Shown: piece after piece, positions 56,695 to 64,000 of the stretch
Numbering within the stretch: the first letter of the stretch is position 1
How the letters are laid out: each line of letters begins with the position of its first letter
NCBI GenBank assembly: GCA_035547155.1
Contig: DASZVJ010000116.1
Location: forward strand, 3,607 to 67,606
Direction of reading: 5' to 3'
Source of the DNA: Vicinamibacterales bacterium
GTDB lineage: Bacteria > Acidobacteriota > Vicinamibacteria > Vicinamibacterales > SCN-69-37
DNA: 64,000 nucleotides
Made by a program: the position numbers and the translations under genes
The notes under the pieces: model-generated
The model's database searches: none
Told to the model about the DNA's origin: nothing
Seen by the model: only the letters and a program-made list of their open reading frames with translations

Positions 56695-56846
56695 CGGCGG
56701 GCCATCACGCTCACGCCCCACGCCTCGAGCCCCAAGCCCGGCCCTCGAGCTCCGGACGGCGAGGCAAATCGCTGGGACCTGTCCTGTCATAGGCCTTGGC
56801 TAGACTCACCTGTGTGGCGGCGATCTCTCTGGCCACGGAGGAGCCC

Positions 56847-57488
56847 ATGGTGGACCGTAGCGAGAAGGCGACAGATGTCACCATCGTGCTGGACCGTTCT
56901 GGATCGATGGAAGCGATTCGGAGCGACGTCGTGGGGGCATTCAACGCGTTCGTCCACGACCAGCAGCAACGACCGGGCGAGTGCCGGCTGACCCTCGTGC
57001 AGTTCGATGACGAATACGAGGTCGTCTGCCGCGCGCGGCTGATTGCGGACGTGCCCGATCTGAATCACGACTCGTTCGTTCCTCGCGGATCGACGGCGTT
57101 GCTGGACGCGATTGGCCGGACGATTCGGGAGCTCGACAAGCGCCTGGCTGATGCAGGCGCTCCCGATGGCGCCGCCCGCGTGTTGGTCGCGATTCTGACC
57201 GACGGACTCGAGAACGCCAGCACGGACTTCAAACGCGACGACGTCTTCCGGATGATCAAGGAACGCACGGATCAGGGATGGGCCTTTCTCTTCCTGGCCG
57301 CCAATCAGGACGCGATCATGGAAGGCGGCCAGATCGGCATCGGTGCAGCCCAGTCGTTGAACTTCATGGCCACCGCCGCCGGTGTTCACAAAGGAACGCA
57401 AGCACTCTCCGATGCGCTGGCGGCGTTCCGCTCTTCGGGCAAGGCGAGCTTCGATCCGTCAAGCCGACCGGCCAAGAAGATTCACTGA
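56847..57488 (+). CDS. cytoplasmic vWA domain protein
   Basis: I start it at ATG 56847, which has GGAGGAG 4 nt upstream, within ORF 56796..57488. It has the MIDAS motif VLDRSGSM plus ...RGSTALLDAIG... and ILTDGLENAS. No signal peptide is evident. Confidence 0.75.
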   Translation: MVDRSEKATDVTIVLDRSGSMEAIRSDVVGAFNAFVHDQQQRPGECRLTLVQFDDEYEVVCRARLIADVPDLNHDSFVPRGSTALLDAIGRTIRELDKRLADAGAPDGAARVLVAILTDGLENASTDFKRDDVFRMIKERTDQGWAFLFLAANQDAIMEGGQIGIGAAQSLNFMATAAGVHKGTQALSDALAAFRSSGKASFDPSSRPAKKIH

Positions 57489-57545
57489 CGCACGCGGCTT
57501 GGACTACGGTCGTCGCGATTGGCGTTGCGGCGTCCTGACGTCGCC

Positions 57546-60227
57546 CTATTCCTGGCGCAGCGTTGCGATCGGATCCACGCACGACGCACGCCTGGCTGGC
57601 GAGAGTGCGGCCAGGGCGCAGGCTGACGCTACGGTCATCACGCTTCCGACATAGGCGAGCGGATCGAACAGATCGACGATGGGACCGAGACGCGTGCCGG
57701 CAGAGGCCACGGCGATGAGTCGTGCGAGGCCGACGGCCAGACCGGATCCAATCGCCATGCCCCAGCACACCGTGCGCATCGAGTCGGCGACGATCAAGCG
57801 GCCGACGCCGGCCGCAGTCGCGCCGAGCGCGATGCGGATGCCGATCTCCTTCGATCGCTGCGCGACCAGGTACGACAACACGCTGAAGATGCCCGACAGC
57901 GTGAGGGCAAGCGCCAGCACGCCGAGGACTATCGTGAGCCAAAAGCCCACGCGGAGCGGATAGGTCTCGAGCCGCGCCAGCGAGCGCATCGTGAAGACCT
58001 GCCCCATGTTTGGATCGATGCTGGACAAGCGCTGAAGCAGCGCGCGTCGCGCGTCGTCCGGATCGCCTTGGACGCGCGCAATGAGGTCCATCCGCGGCGT
58101 GCCGATACCGGAGGGCACGTAGACGTCGGCTTCAGGCTCGCCGATGCGCAGACCTGCGACCGCGCGCGTCACGCCGACGATGAGCACCGGCGGCGACGAG
58201 AGACCGGGCTCCTGCTGACGATGGTGCTGCGTCAAGCGGTCGAGCGCGCGGTGCCCCGCGTCAGGATCCGAATCGGGATTCAGCTGAAGCACGCGGCCGA
58301 GTGCGTTGCCGTCAGGCCAAAGCTTCCGCGCGAGCACCTCCGAGATCATCGCGACGCCACCGCCGGCGCGTGTTTCGTCGTCGGTGAACGTCCGTCCGCG
58401 AAGAATTCCGATGCCCAGCACGTCGAAATACGATGGCGTGACGACTCGATAGGTCACGCGCGCGACCGAGCCGTCGGACGTCGACGCGGTCGCCGACGGG
58501 GGCCTGCCGAGCGGCGGCGGCGTCGGCCATGATCCTGCGATCGCTTCCACGGACGGATCGGCGTCGACCGCCGCGATCATCTGTGGGCGCAGGGTGTCGT
58601 TCGGTATTTCGATGGTGACCGTGTCGTGCATGCGCAAACCGGGATCGAGCGCCGACGCGTGCATCGCGCTGCGCAAGAAAATCGCGGCGCAAATCAACAG
58701 CAGCGTCGCCGCCGTCACCTGAACGAGCATCAGTGCGCCTCGCAAACGGCCCGGCCGACCGGCCGCCACGGCTTCGCCGCGAACGGCACGGACCAGATCG
58801 AGTCGCGTGGCGTACAACGCGGGCAGCAGACCGAAGGCGACGGTCGAGGCGACGGCGGCGATCACGAGAAACGCGACGACGCGCCAATCCAGGTGTGGGA
58901 CGTCGAGGCGAAGGAATTCGATCAACTCCGGTGGCATCGTCCGCGTCAACGCGGAGACGGCGACGTTCAAGATGACGCGCGACAGGACGAGCCCGCAGGC
59001 CGCCGCCGCGACGGCGAGCATGAGACTCTCGGTCAGCAATTGCCGAACGATGCGCGCCCGTGACGCGCCGATCGACAGGCGAATGCCGATTTCGCGCTGC
59101 CGCGTCACCGCACGCGCGAGCAGCAGGTTGGCGACATTCGCGCAGCCCGTGAGCACGATCAGCCCGAACGCGATGAACAACGGCGCGAACGTCAGCAGCG
59201 TGCTGGCGGAGAATCGTACGGCGCGATCGAGCGGCTGCGCGTCGATCTGCACGCCCGAGCCGTCGCGCAATGCCCACGCGTGCAGGGCCTCACGGGCAGC
59301 GGCAATCGACACGCCTGGTGCCAGACGCGCGACGACGTCCACGGCCGTGTCGTCTTCGTGGCCCGCGAGCCACGGGCGGATCTGGCCGACGAGCGACAAC
59401 GGCGCCCAGTAGTCCGGCGAAAATGCGTTGAGGCCGTAGAAGTCCTCCGGCGCGACGCCCACGACCTCGTACGGCTGCGCACGAATCAGCACGCGCCGGC
59501 CGACGATGTCTGGATCGTTCGCGAACAGCCGCGACCAGGCTTTGTGACTGAGGACGATGACTCGTCTGCCGGCGGGTCGGTCGTCGTCGGGCGTCAACGT
59601 GCGGCCGATCGCGGCCCGCACGTCGAGCACCTGAAAAAAGTTGCCCGTCACGAGCTGGCCTTCCATCATGCGGCCGTCGATGCGCGACGTGATGTCCGGG
59701 ACGCTCGCGAAGGCGTCCGCGAGCGCGCTCGAGTCGCGCCGCAGCGCGTCGAATTGGCGGCGCGTCAGCTTGGGCACGACTTGCGCACCCGCAGCCGGCA
59801 CGGGCGCCACCGCGCGCCTCACGCTCAGCAGTGAGCCCGGATCGCGAACGGCGTCGACGCGGAGGACGGTTGCCGCAAAGATGGTGAACGCGGCCGCGAT
59901 CAGGCCGAGTCCAAGCGAAATCGTTCCGACGATGGTCAGCGCGACGGTCGGAGCACGACGAATGGTCCGAAGGGCGTACGCGACGTCGCGAATCATCGTG
60001 TCGACGATCGAGATGCCACGGATGTCACGGCACGTCTCGGCGGCGCGCGTCATCGGCCCAAAGTTGGCGCGCGCGCGGACGCGGGCGTCCGTGGGATCGA
60101 CGCCGGCATCGACGTACTTACGAGCCTCACGCTCGATGTGGAACGTCAGTTCGTCGTTGAGATCGCGTTCCGCACGGCGCGGGAAGAACAACGCCTGTAC
60201 GCGGAGACGGAGATCGCGAATGCGCAT
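57546..60227 (-). CDS. ADOP-family duplicated FtsX/MacB-type permease
   Basis: 893 aa. The N-terminus LFFPRRAERDLNDELTFHIEREARKY...DVAYALRTIRRAPTVALTIV is the signature of the acidobacterial duplicated orphan permease family. It contains two MacB-PCD/FtsX units. Confidence 0.85.
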   Translation of the reverse strand: MRIRDLRLRVQALFFPRRAERDLNDELTFHIEREARKYVDAGVDPTDARVRARANFGPMTRAAETCRDIRGISIVDTMIRDVAYALRTIRRAPTVALTIVGTISLGLGLIAAAFTIFAATVLRVDAVRDPGSLLSVRRAVAPVPAAGAQVVPKLTRRQFDALRRDSSALADAFASVPDITSRIDGRMMEGQLVTGNFFQVLDVRAAIGRTLTPDDDRPAGRRVIVLSHKAWSRLFANDPDIVGRRVLIRAQPYEVVGVAPEDFYGLNAFSPDYWAPLSLVGQIRPWLAGHEDDTAVDVVARLAPGVSIAAAREALHAWALRDGSGVQIDAQPLDRAVRFSASTLLTFAPLFIAFGLIVLTGCANVANLLLARAVTRQREIGIRLSIGASRARIVRQLLTESLMLAVAAAACGLVLSRVILNVAVSALTRTMPPELIEFLRLDVPHLDWRVVAFLVIAAVASTVAFGLLPALYATRLDLVRAVRGEAVAAGRPGRLRGALMLVQVTAATLLLICAAIFLRSAMHASALDPGLRMHDTVTIEIPNDTLRPQMIAAVDADPSVEAIAGSWPTPPPLGRPPSATASTSDGSVARVTYRVVTPSYFDVLGIGILRGRTFTDDETRAGGGVAMISEVLARKLWPDGNALGRVLQLNPDSDPDAGHRALDRLTQHHRQQEPGLSSPPVLIVGVTRAVAGLRIGEPEADVYVPSGIGTPRMDLIARVQGDPDDARRALLQRLSSIDPNMGQVFTMRSLARLETYPLRVGFWLTIVLGVLALALTLSGIFSVLSYLVAQRSKEIGIRIALGATAAGVGRLIVADSMRTVCWGMAIGSGLAVGLARLIAVASAGTRLGPIVDLFDPLAYVGSVMTVASACALAALSPARRASCVDPIATLRQE

Positions 60228-60230
60228 GAC

Positions 60231-60566
60231 TTACGCCAGCTTCATGACGCGGCTGATGGCGGTCGCCATCCGTTCCCATTCACTGGCTTCGACGGCGAGC
60301 TGCTTCCGGCCGGACGCTGTCAGACGGTAGAACTTCGCGCGGCGGCCGAGCTCGGAAATACCCCATTCCGCCTCGATCCAGCCGCGGTGTTCGAGTCGGT
60401 GGAGCGCGGGATAGAGCGAGCCCTGGTTGACCTGCAGGACGTCCTGCGAGATCTGCTGGATGCGATCGGAGATCGCCCAGCCGTGCATTGGCTCGGTCTG
60501 GAGCGTACGAAGGATCAGCAGATCGAGCGTGCCTTGAAGAATGTCTGGCGTCGAGAGGCGTGTCAT
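60231..60566 (-). CDS. PadR-family transcriptional regulator
   Basis: I start it at [22 protein letters not shown] (ATG 60566). It has ...[11 protein letters not shown]...[26 protein letters not shown]...[13 protein letters not shown]. Confidence 0.9.
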   Translation of the reverse strand: MTRLSTPDILQGTLDLLILRTLQTEPMHGWAISDRIQQISQDVLQVNQGSLYPALHRLEHRGWIEAEWGISELGRRAKFYRLTASGRKQLAVEASEWERMATAISRVMKLA

Positions 60567-60567
60567 G

Positions 60568-60610
60568 GTGTCGAACGACGACACTATAGCCGCGGACCGT
60601 CGTCTGTCAA
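60568..60610 (-). promoter_or_regulatory. PadR-operon promoter (TTGACA-16-TATAGT) with an overlapping inverted repeat GTGTCG-N5-CGACAC
   Basis: The minus strand reads TTGACAgacgacggtccgcggcTATAGTGTCGtcgttCGACACcATG. The inverted repeat spans the -10 to +1 region, which suggests an autorepressor operator. Confidence 0.5.
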
Positions 60611-60677
60611 CTGTCCAAGGGATCACACCGGATCGATCGACAGGCCCCAACAGGCCGTCGAGACCGATGGTCAGCGG

Positions 60678-61808
60678 TTACGCGCTGGGCCACACCCGGC
60701 GTCGCATCCAGTACGCCACGCGGCACGGGTGCCGCCAGAGCCGCACGACGCCGAGCGGGCGATCGAGCGGCACGCCGTAGTACGCGTGCAGCCACCACGC
60801 CGGCGGATCGACGACGAGGCCGCGCAGGGCGTCGATCCGATTCTCCTGTACGGAGAGTGCACGCAGCGGCGGCAGTGTCTCGCCGGCTCGGACTGGCGTG
60901 GGCCAGGTCCGCGGTGGCGCGAGGTGCGCGAGCGCCGTCGGCAGCGGGACGACATAGTGCAAACACCTCAAGACGTTCAGCACAAACGGCTCGTCGCGTT
61001 CGAGGCTCGTCCAATCGATGTGCGTCGCGTGCGCCGCCGCGTAGCGAAACAAATCGACGATGCCGAGGAGACGAACGCGTCCGTCCCAGGACGGCTGCAG
61101 CGTGTGGCGGCACAGCTGACGCAGCATGTCGCGATCGCCGAGCGTCAGCGCCGGCACGCCGTCCATGGCGAACGGCTGCAGCGGTGACGTCAACGTGCCG
61201 GTCGCGATCGACGAGCGTGCATCGGCGTCGATGGCGTCGACGTGCAGCTCGATGCTGATCGGCAGCGCGCCGGGCCGCGTCAAGGCTGGCAGATGATGGC
61301 GATGCGACGGGCGCGTCCGGCTTGACCAGGGGTCCGGCCGGAAGCCGATCGCCTCCAGCGCGTGCGATGCCGTTGACGCGGTGTCGCGCGGCACGAGGAG
61401 GTCGATGTCGCTCATCGGCCGCACGTCGGGCGACGGATAAATCAGCCACGCCAGCGCCGCGCCCTTCAGGACGATCGGATCGATCGACGCGAGCCGCAGC
61501 GCGGCGAGCACCTCCGTCAGCGCGGCCGAACGCGCGCACCGCCACGCACGCGCGCGCAAGGCGATCGAATCGAGCCGACGTCGTGTCGCGATTGGCAGGG
61601 CGCTCGGATCGGCCGCGAGGCACGCGCGGGCCAGTGGCGCCAGTTGATGGACCTCTGCAACATCCGCAAACGCCTCCCAGGCCGCGGCGTCCAGCGCGAG
61701 GCTCGACCCATCGATCGGCTCGTCACGGATCGCCGCCTGCGCCACTCGTATCAGCGCACGATGAAGCGTCTCGTCCTGAGATCGCACCGCACCGGCCATC
61801 GTCGCCAT
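60678..61808 (-). CDS. uncharacterised nucleotidyltransferase family protein (NTP_transf_5-like)
   Basis: 376 aa. ...IVLKGAALAWLIYPSPDVRPMSDIDLLVP... is the typical G-x-A...R...DIDLLV core of this family. The rest is helical. Confidence 0.55.
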   Translation of the reverse strand: MATMAGAVRSQDETLHRALIRVAQAAIRDEPIDGSSLALDAAAWEAFADVAEVHQLAPLARACLAADPSALPIATRRRLDSIALRARAWRCARSAALTEVLAALRLASIDPIVLKGAALAWLIYPSPDVRPMSDIDLLVPRDTASTASHALEAIGFRPDPWSSRTRPSHRHHLPALTRPGALPISIELHVDAIDADARSSIATGTLTSPLQPFAMDGVPALTLGDRDMLRQLCRHTLQPSWDGRVRLLGIVDLFRYAAAHATHIDWTSLERDEPFVLNVLRCLHYVVPLPTALAHLAPPRTWPTPVRAGETLPPLRALSVQENRIDALRGLVVDPPAWWLHAYYGVPLDRPLGVVRLWRHPCRVAYWMRRRVWPSA

Positions 61809-61941
61809 TGTCGTGAGGCGGGCTCAAGACTTGCACCAATCGGCCGCACGTCGTCAGAACGCCTGAATGGTGAGGCGTCAGCGGCGCGGCCACGCGATGG
61901 CGTGCGGGCCGGCCGCGAGATGTCGTGAGCGAGGGAACAGC

Positions 61942-63117
61942 ATGAGCACGGAAGTGCGGCCCTTCGGCGTCAAGTGCAACATCCAATGCCAGTACTGCTA
62001 TCAGAACCCGCAGCGCGACGCCGGCAACATCCCGTCGCGTTTCGATCTGGAAAAGATGAAAGCAGCGCTCGAACGCGTCGGATCGAGCTTCACGATCTTC
62101 GGCGGCGAGCCGCTGCTCGTACCGGAGCCGGTCCTCGAGGACCTGTGGGCTTTCGGGCTCGCACGGTTCGGCACGAACGGCATTCAGACGAACGGCACGC
62201 TCATCACCGATCGGCACATCGCGCTGTTCAAGCGCTACCGCGTCAACGTCGGCATCTCGATCGACGGCCCGGAGGATCTCAACGACGTCCGGTGGGCGGG
62301 CACGACCGTGGCCACGCGCGAGGCCACCGCTCGGACGCACGCGGCCATCGAGCGTCTTGTCCGCGAAGGACTGACGCCCAGCCTGATCGTGACGCTCCAT
62401 CGCGGCAATGCGACTGCGGACAAGCTGCCGCGCATGTGCGACTGGTTCCGGTATCTCGACACGCTCGGCATCACGAGCGCGCGCCTGCACGATCTGGAAA
62501 TCGAGAGCCCCGCGATCGGCGCGAAGTACGGGCTGACCACCGACGAGCAGATTGCGGCATTCGTCGCGTTTGCGTCGCTCGAGGCGAGCCTGCGTCAGCT
62601 GCGATTCGATGTCTTCACCGACATGCGGCGGATGCTGCTCGGCGACGACCAGCACACGACGTGCGTGTGGAACGCCTGCGATCCGTACACGACGCGCGCC
62701 GTACAAGGCGTCGAAGGCCACGGGCAGCGCAGCAACTGCGGCCGTACGAACAAGGACGGCATCGATTTCGTGAAGGCCGATCGTGAGGGATTCGAGCGTT
62801 ATCTCGCGCTGTATCACGCGCCGCAGAGCGCCGGCGGCTGTCACGGGTGCCGGTTCTTCCTGCTGTGCAAGGGCCAGTGCCCTGGCGGGTCGATCGACGG
62901 CGACTGGCGGAATCGATCGAGCAAGTGCGGCCTGTGGACGGCGCTGTACGAGCGATTCGAAGCGGAGCTCGCGGCCGACGGGCAGACGCCGATCTCACTT
63001 AGCCCTTATCGCGATGCGTTGGAGCGATTCGCGCTCGCGCAATGGGCGCGTGGACGGAACGCGTACGTCTCCGAGGAGCTCGCGCGCCTGGCACGAGAGG
63101 AGCGGCAGGCGTCATGA
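61942..63117 (+). CDS. radical SAM / SPASM-domain enzyme
   Basis: I start it at MSTEVRPFGVKCNIQCQYCYQ, which puts CxxxCxxC at residues 12-19. The ATG at 61942 lies within ORF 61867..63117. It has FGGEPLL and a C-terminal Cys cluster ...CVWNAC...NCGRT...CHGCRFFLLCKGQCPG...KC, including C-x2-C-x5-C-x3-C. Confidence 0.8.
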   Translation: MSTEVRPFGVKCNIQCQYCYQNPQRDAGNIPSRFDLEKMKAALERVGSSFTIFGGEPLLVPEPVLEDLWAFGLARFGTNGIQTNGTLITDRHIALFKRYRVNVGISIDGPEDLNDVRWAGTTVATREATARTHAAIERLVREGLTPSLIVTLHRGNATADKLPRMCDWFRYLDTLGITSARLHDLEIESPAIGAKYGLTTDEQIAAFVAFASLEASLRQLRFDVFTDMRRMLLGDDQHTTCVWNACDPYTTRAVQGVEGHGQRSNCGRTNKDGIDFVKADREGFERYLALYHAPQSAGGCHGCRFFLLCKGQCPGGSIDGDWRNRSSKCGLWTALYERFEAELAADGQTPISLSPYRDALERFALAQWARGRNAYVSEELARLAREERQAS

Positions 63118-64000
63118 CAGCGACCGTACACGCACTCGAGAGGCCGAGCGACTTTCAGGCCGATCGCCTTCCGTACGTCCTGCCGGATTTCACGCGTGTG
63201 AGCTGGGTGAGCGATCAGGCGCGCGCGGTCTGGGAGCCGCGAATCGCGCGTATCGGATCGGCGTGGGCCGCGCTCGAGTGGCGCTCGATCGGCTCGGGCC
63301 TGCGCCGCTGCGCGCTGACGTCGATCGCGGCCGACCGGCTCGTCGAGCACAGCACCGGCTGGGCCGCGCATGGCCTGAGCACCATGCCGGTGGCCATGTC
63401 CGGCGTCTCCGGCGGCTACGCGAACACCTCGACCTCCGCTCGCATCGGTGAGCCGTTCGAGTATCGCGTCGCGCTCGGCACGCTGCCGCATGTCGCCGCG
63501 CTCAAACGCGCGATCGACGCCGGCGACGACGAGACGATGGGACGGCTGTTGGGATTTCCCGACTGTTGTATCGCGGCGTTCCGCGCGACGTGGGTCGACG
63601 ACCACTGCGTCGACACGACGTGGGCGATGGCGGCGCGCACGGTGCCTCCGCAAGGGCGGATCATCGACGTTCCCGTCGCCACGCCGTTCCACGCCAACAT
63701 CCTCTGGCGCTGGATGGGCGTGCGTGCGGTGCCACATTTGCCGTGCTCCTTCACCTGTGCGCCGACGGTCGCGTTCGCGAGCCAGTTGCTGGCGCTCGGT
63801 CGCGAGCTCGGCTACGCGGCCGAGATGGCCTGGATCGAAGAGATCCTCAACTGGCCGGTGGCGTGGTCCGCGTTGCACGGCATCGCAGAGATCAAGACGC
63901 CGGTCTTGAAGGCGTCGACACGCACCGATGCGACGGCGCACGAGTTCCTCGTCCGAAAGCTGGGCGATCGTCTGCCGGCGGAGGCCGCGCGCGGCCTCGT
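63114..64000 (+). CDS. cysteine-motif protein of unknown family (partial, continues beyond the window)
   Basis: It is not in the ORF track because it is open at the edge. Hand translation from ATG 63114, which overlaps the rSAM stop as ATGA, gives 295 codons without a stop: MTATVHALERPSDFQADRLPYVLPDFTRVSW...LLGFPDCCIAAFRATWVDDHCVDTTWAMA...VPHLPCSFTCAPTVAFASQLL...IAEIKTPVLK.... Third codon positions are GC-rich like the neighbouring genes. Confidence 0.6.
   Translation, partial: MTATVHALERPSDFQADRLPYVLPDFTRVSWVSDQARAVWEPRIARIGSAWAALEWRSIGSGLRRCALTSIAADRLVEHSTGWAAHGLSTMPVAMSGVSGGYANTSTSARIGEPFEYRVALGTLPHVAALKRAIDAGDDETMGRLLGFPDCCIAAFRATWVDDHCVDTTWAMAARTVPPQGRIIDVPVATPFHANILWRWMGVRAVPHLPCSFTCAPTVAFASQLLALGRELGYAAEMAWIEEILNWPVAWSALHGIAEIKTPVLKASTRTDATAHEFLVRKLGDRLPAEAARGL

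Noticed and set aside
61808-61942. A possible small precursor-peptide gene in the spacer upstream of the radical SAM gene. The track ORF starts at 61867 with MVRRQRRGHAMACGPAARCRERGNS.
   Set aside because: The only reading frame there is continuous with the rSAM ORF itself. It is Arg-rich with no independent stop and no SD. It looks like a spurious 5' extension, not a separate peptide.

Overview
The window is a dense, high-GC chromosomal segment, roughly 62-72% GC in the few stretches I counted by hand. I call about 58 protein-coding genes. I found no rRNA, tRNA, CRISPR array, transposase, integrase or prophage genes.

The gene content points to an Acidobacteriota-like soil bacterium. It includes a PadR regulator next to a duplicated FtsX-type ADOP permease, tandem secreted VWA proteins of the acidobacterial type, and a DUF1552/DUF1592 pair. 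This taxonomic call is an inference from family content, not a database hit.

Housekeeping genes present:
- infA, and the 5' end of a DEAD-box helicase gene
- cca
- an NAD-dependent isocitrate dehydrogenase-like gene
- proline dehydrogenase
- atpZ-atpI-atpB-atpE-atpF
- typA and map
- a beta-carbonic anhydrase
- a cobA/hemD fusion
- an ABC-F ATPase

Most interesting leads:
1. At the right edge, a radical SAM/SPASM enzyme is translationally coupled to a cysteine-motif ORF I cannot assign to a family. It sits divergent from an NTP_transf_5-like protein. The cluster is cut by the window end.
2. A circularly permuted ATP-grasp / alpha-E / transglutaminase operon has a near-consensus promoter that looks leaderless, and its last gene ends in a poly-Q tail.
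3. Two short repeat families were found. One is a ~67-nt array of GGTTC units. The other is a GCCGGACC-TTCA-GGTCCGGC palindrome. Each has one copy lying in frame inside a coding sequence.
4. An ECF sigma factor fused to a zinc-binding anti-sigma (ZAS) domain lies divergent from a TolC-MFP-RND-DUF2892 operon.
5. An anti-sigma-like protein carries a SecD-P1-head-like periplasmic domain, next to a DUF1552 / nucleoside-hydrolase-like / DUF1592 cluster.

All family calls come from motif recognition by eye. Start codons I moved from the ORF track are explained in the evidence fields. No searches or computations were run.
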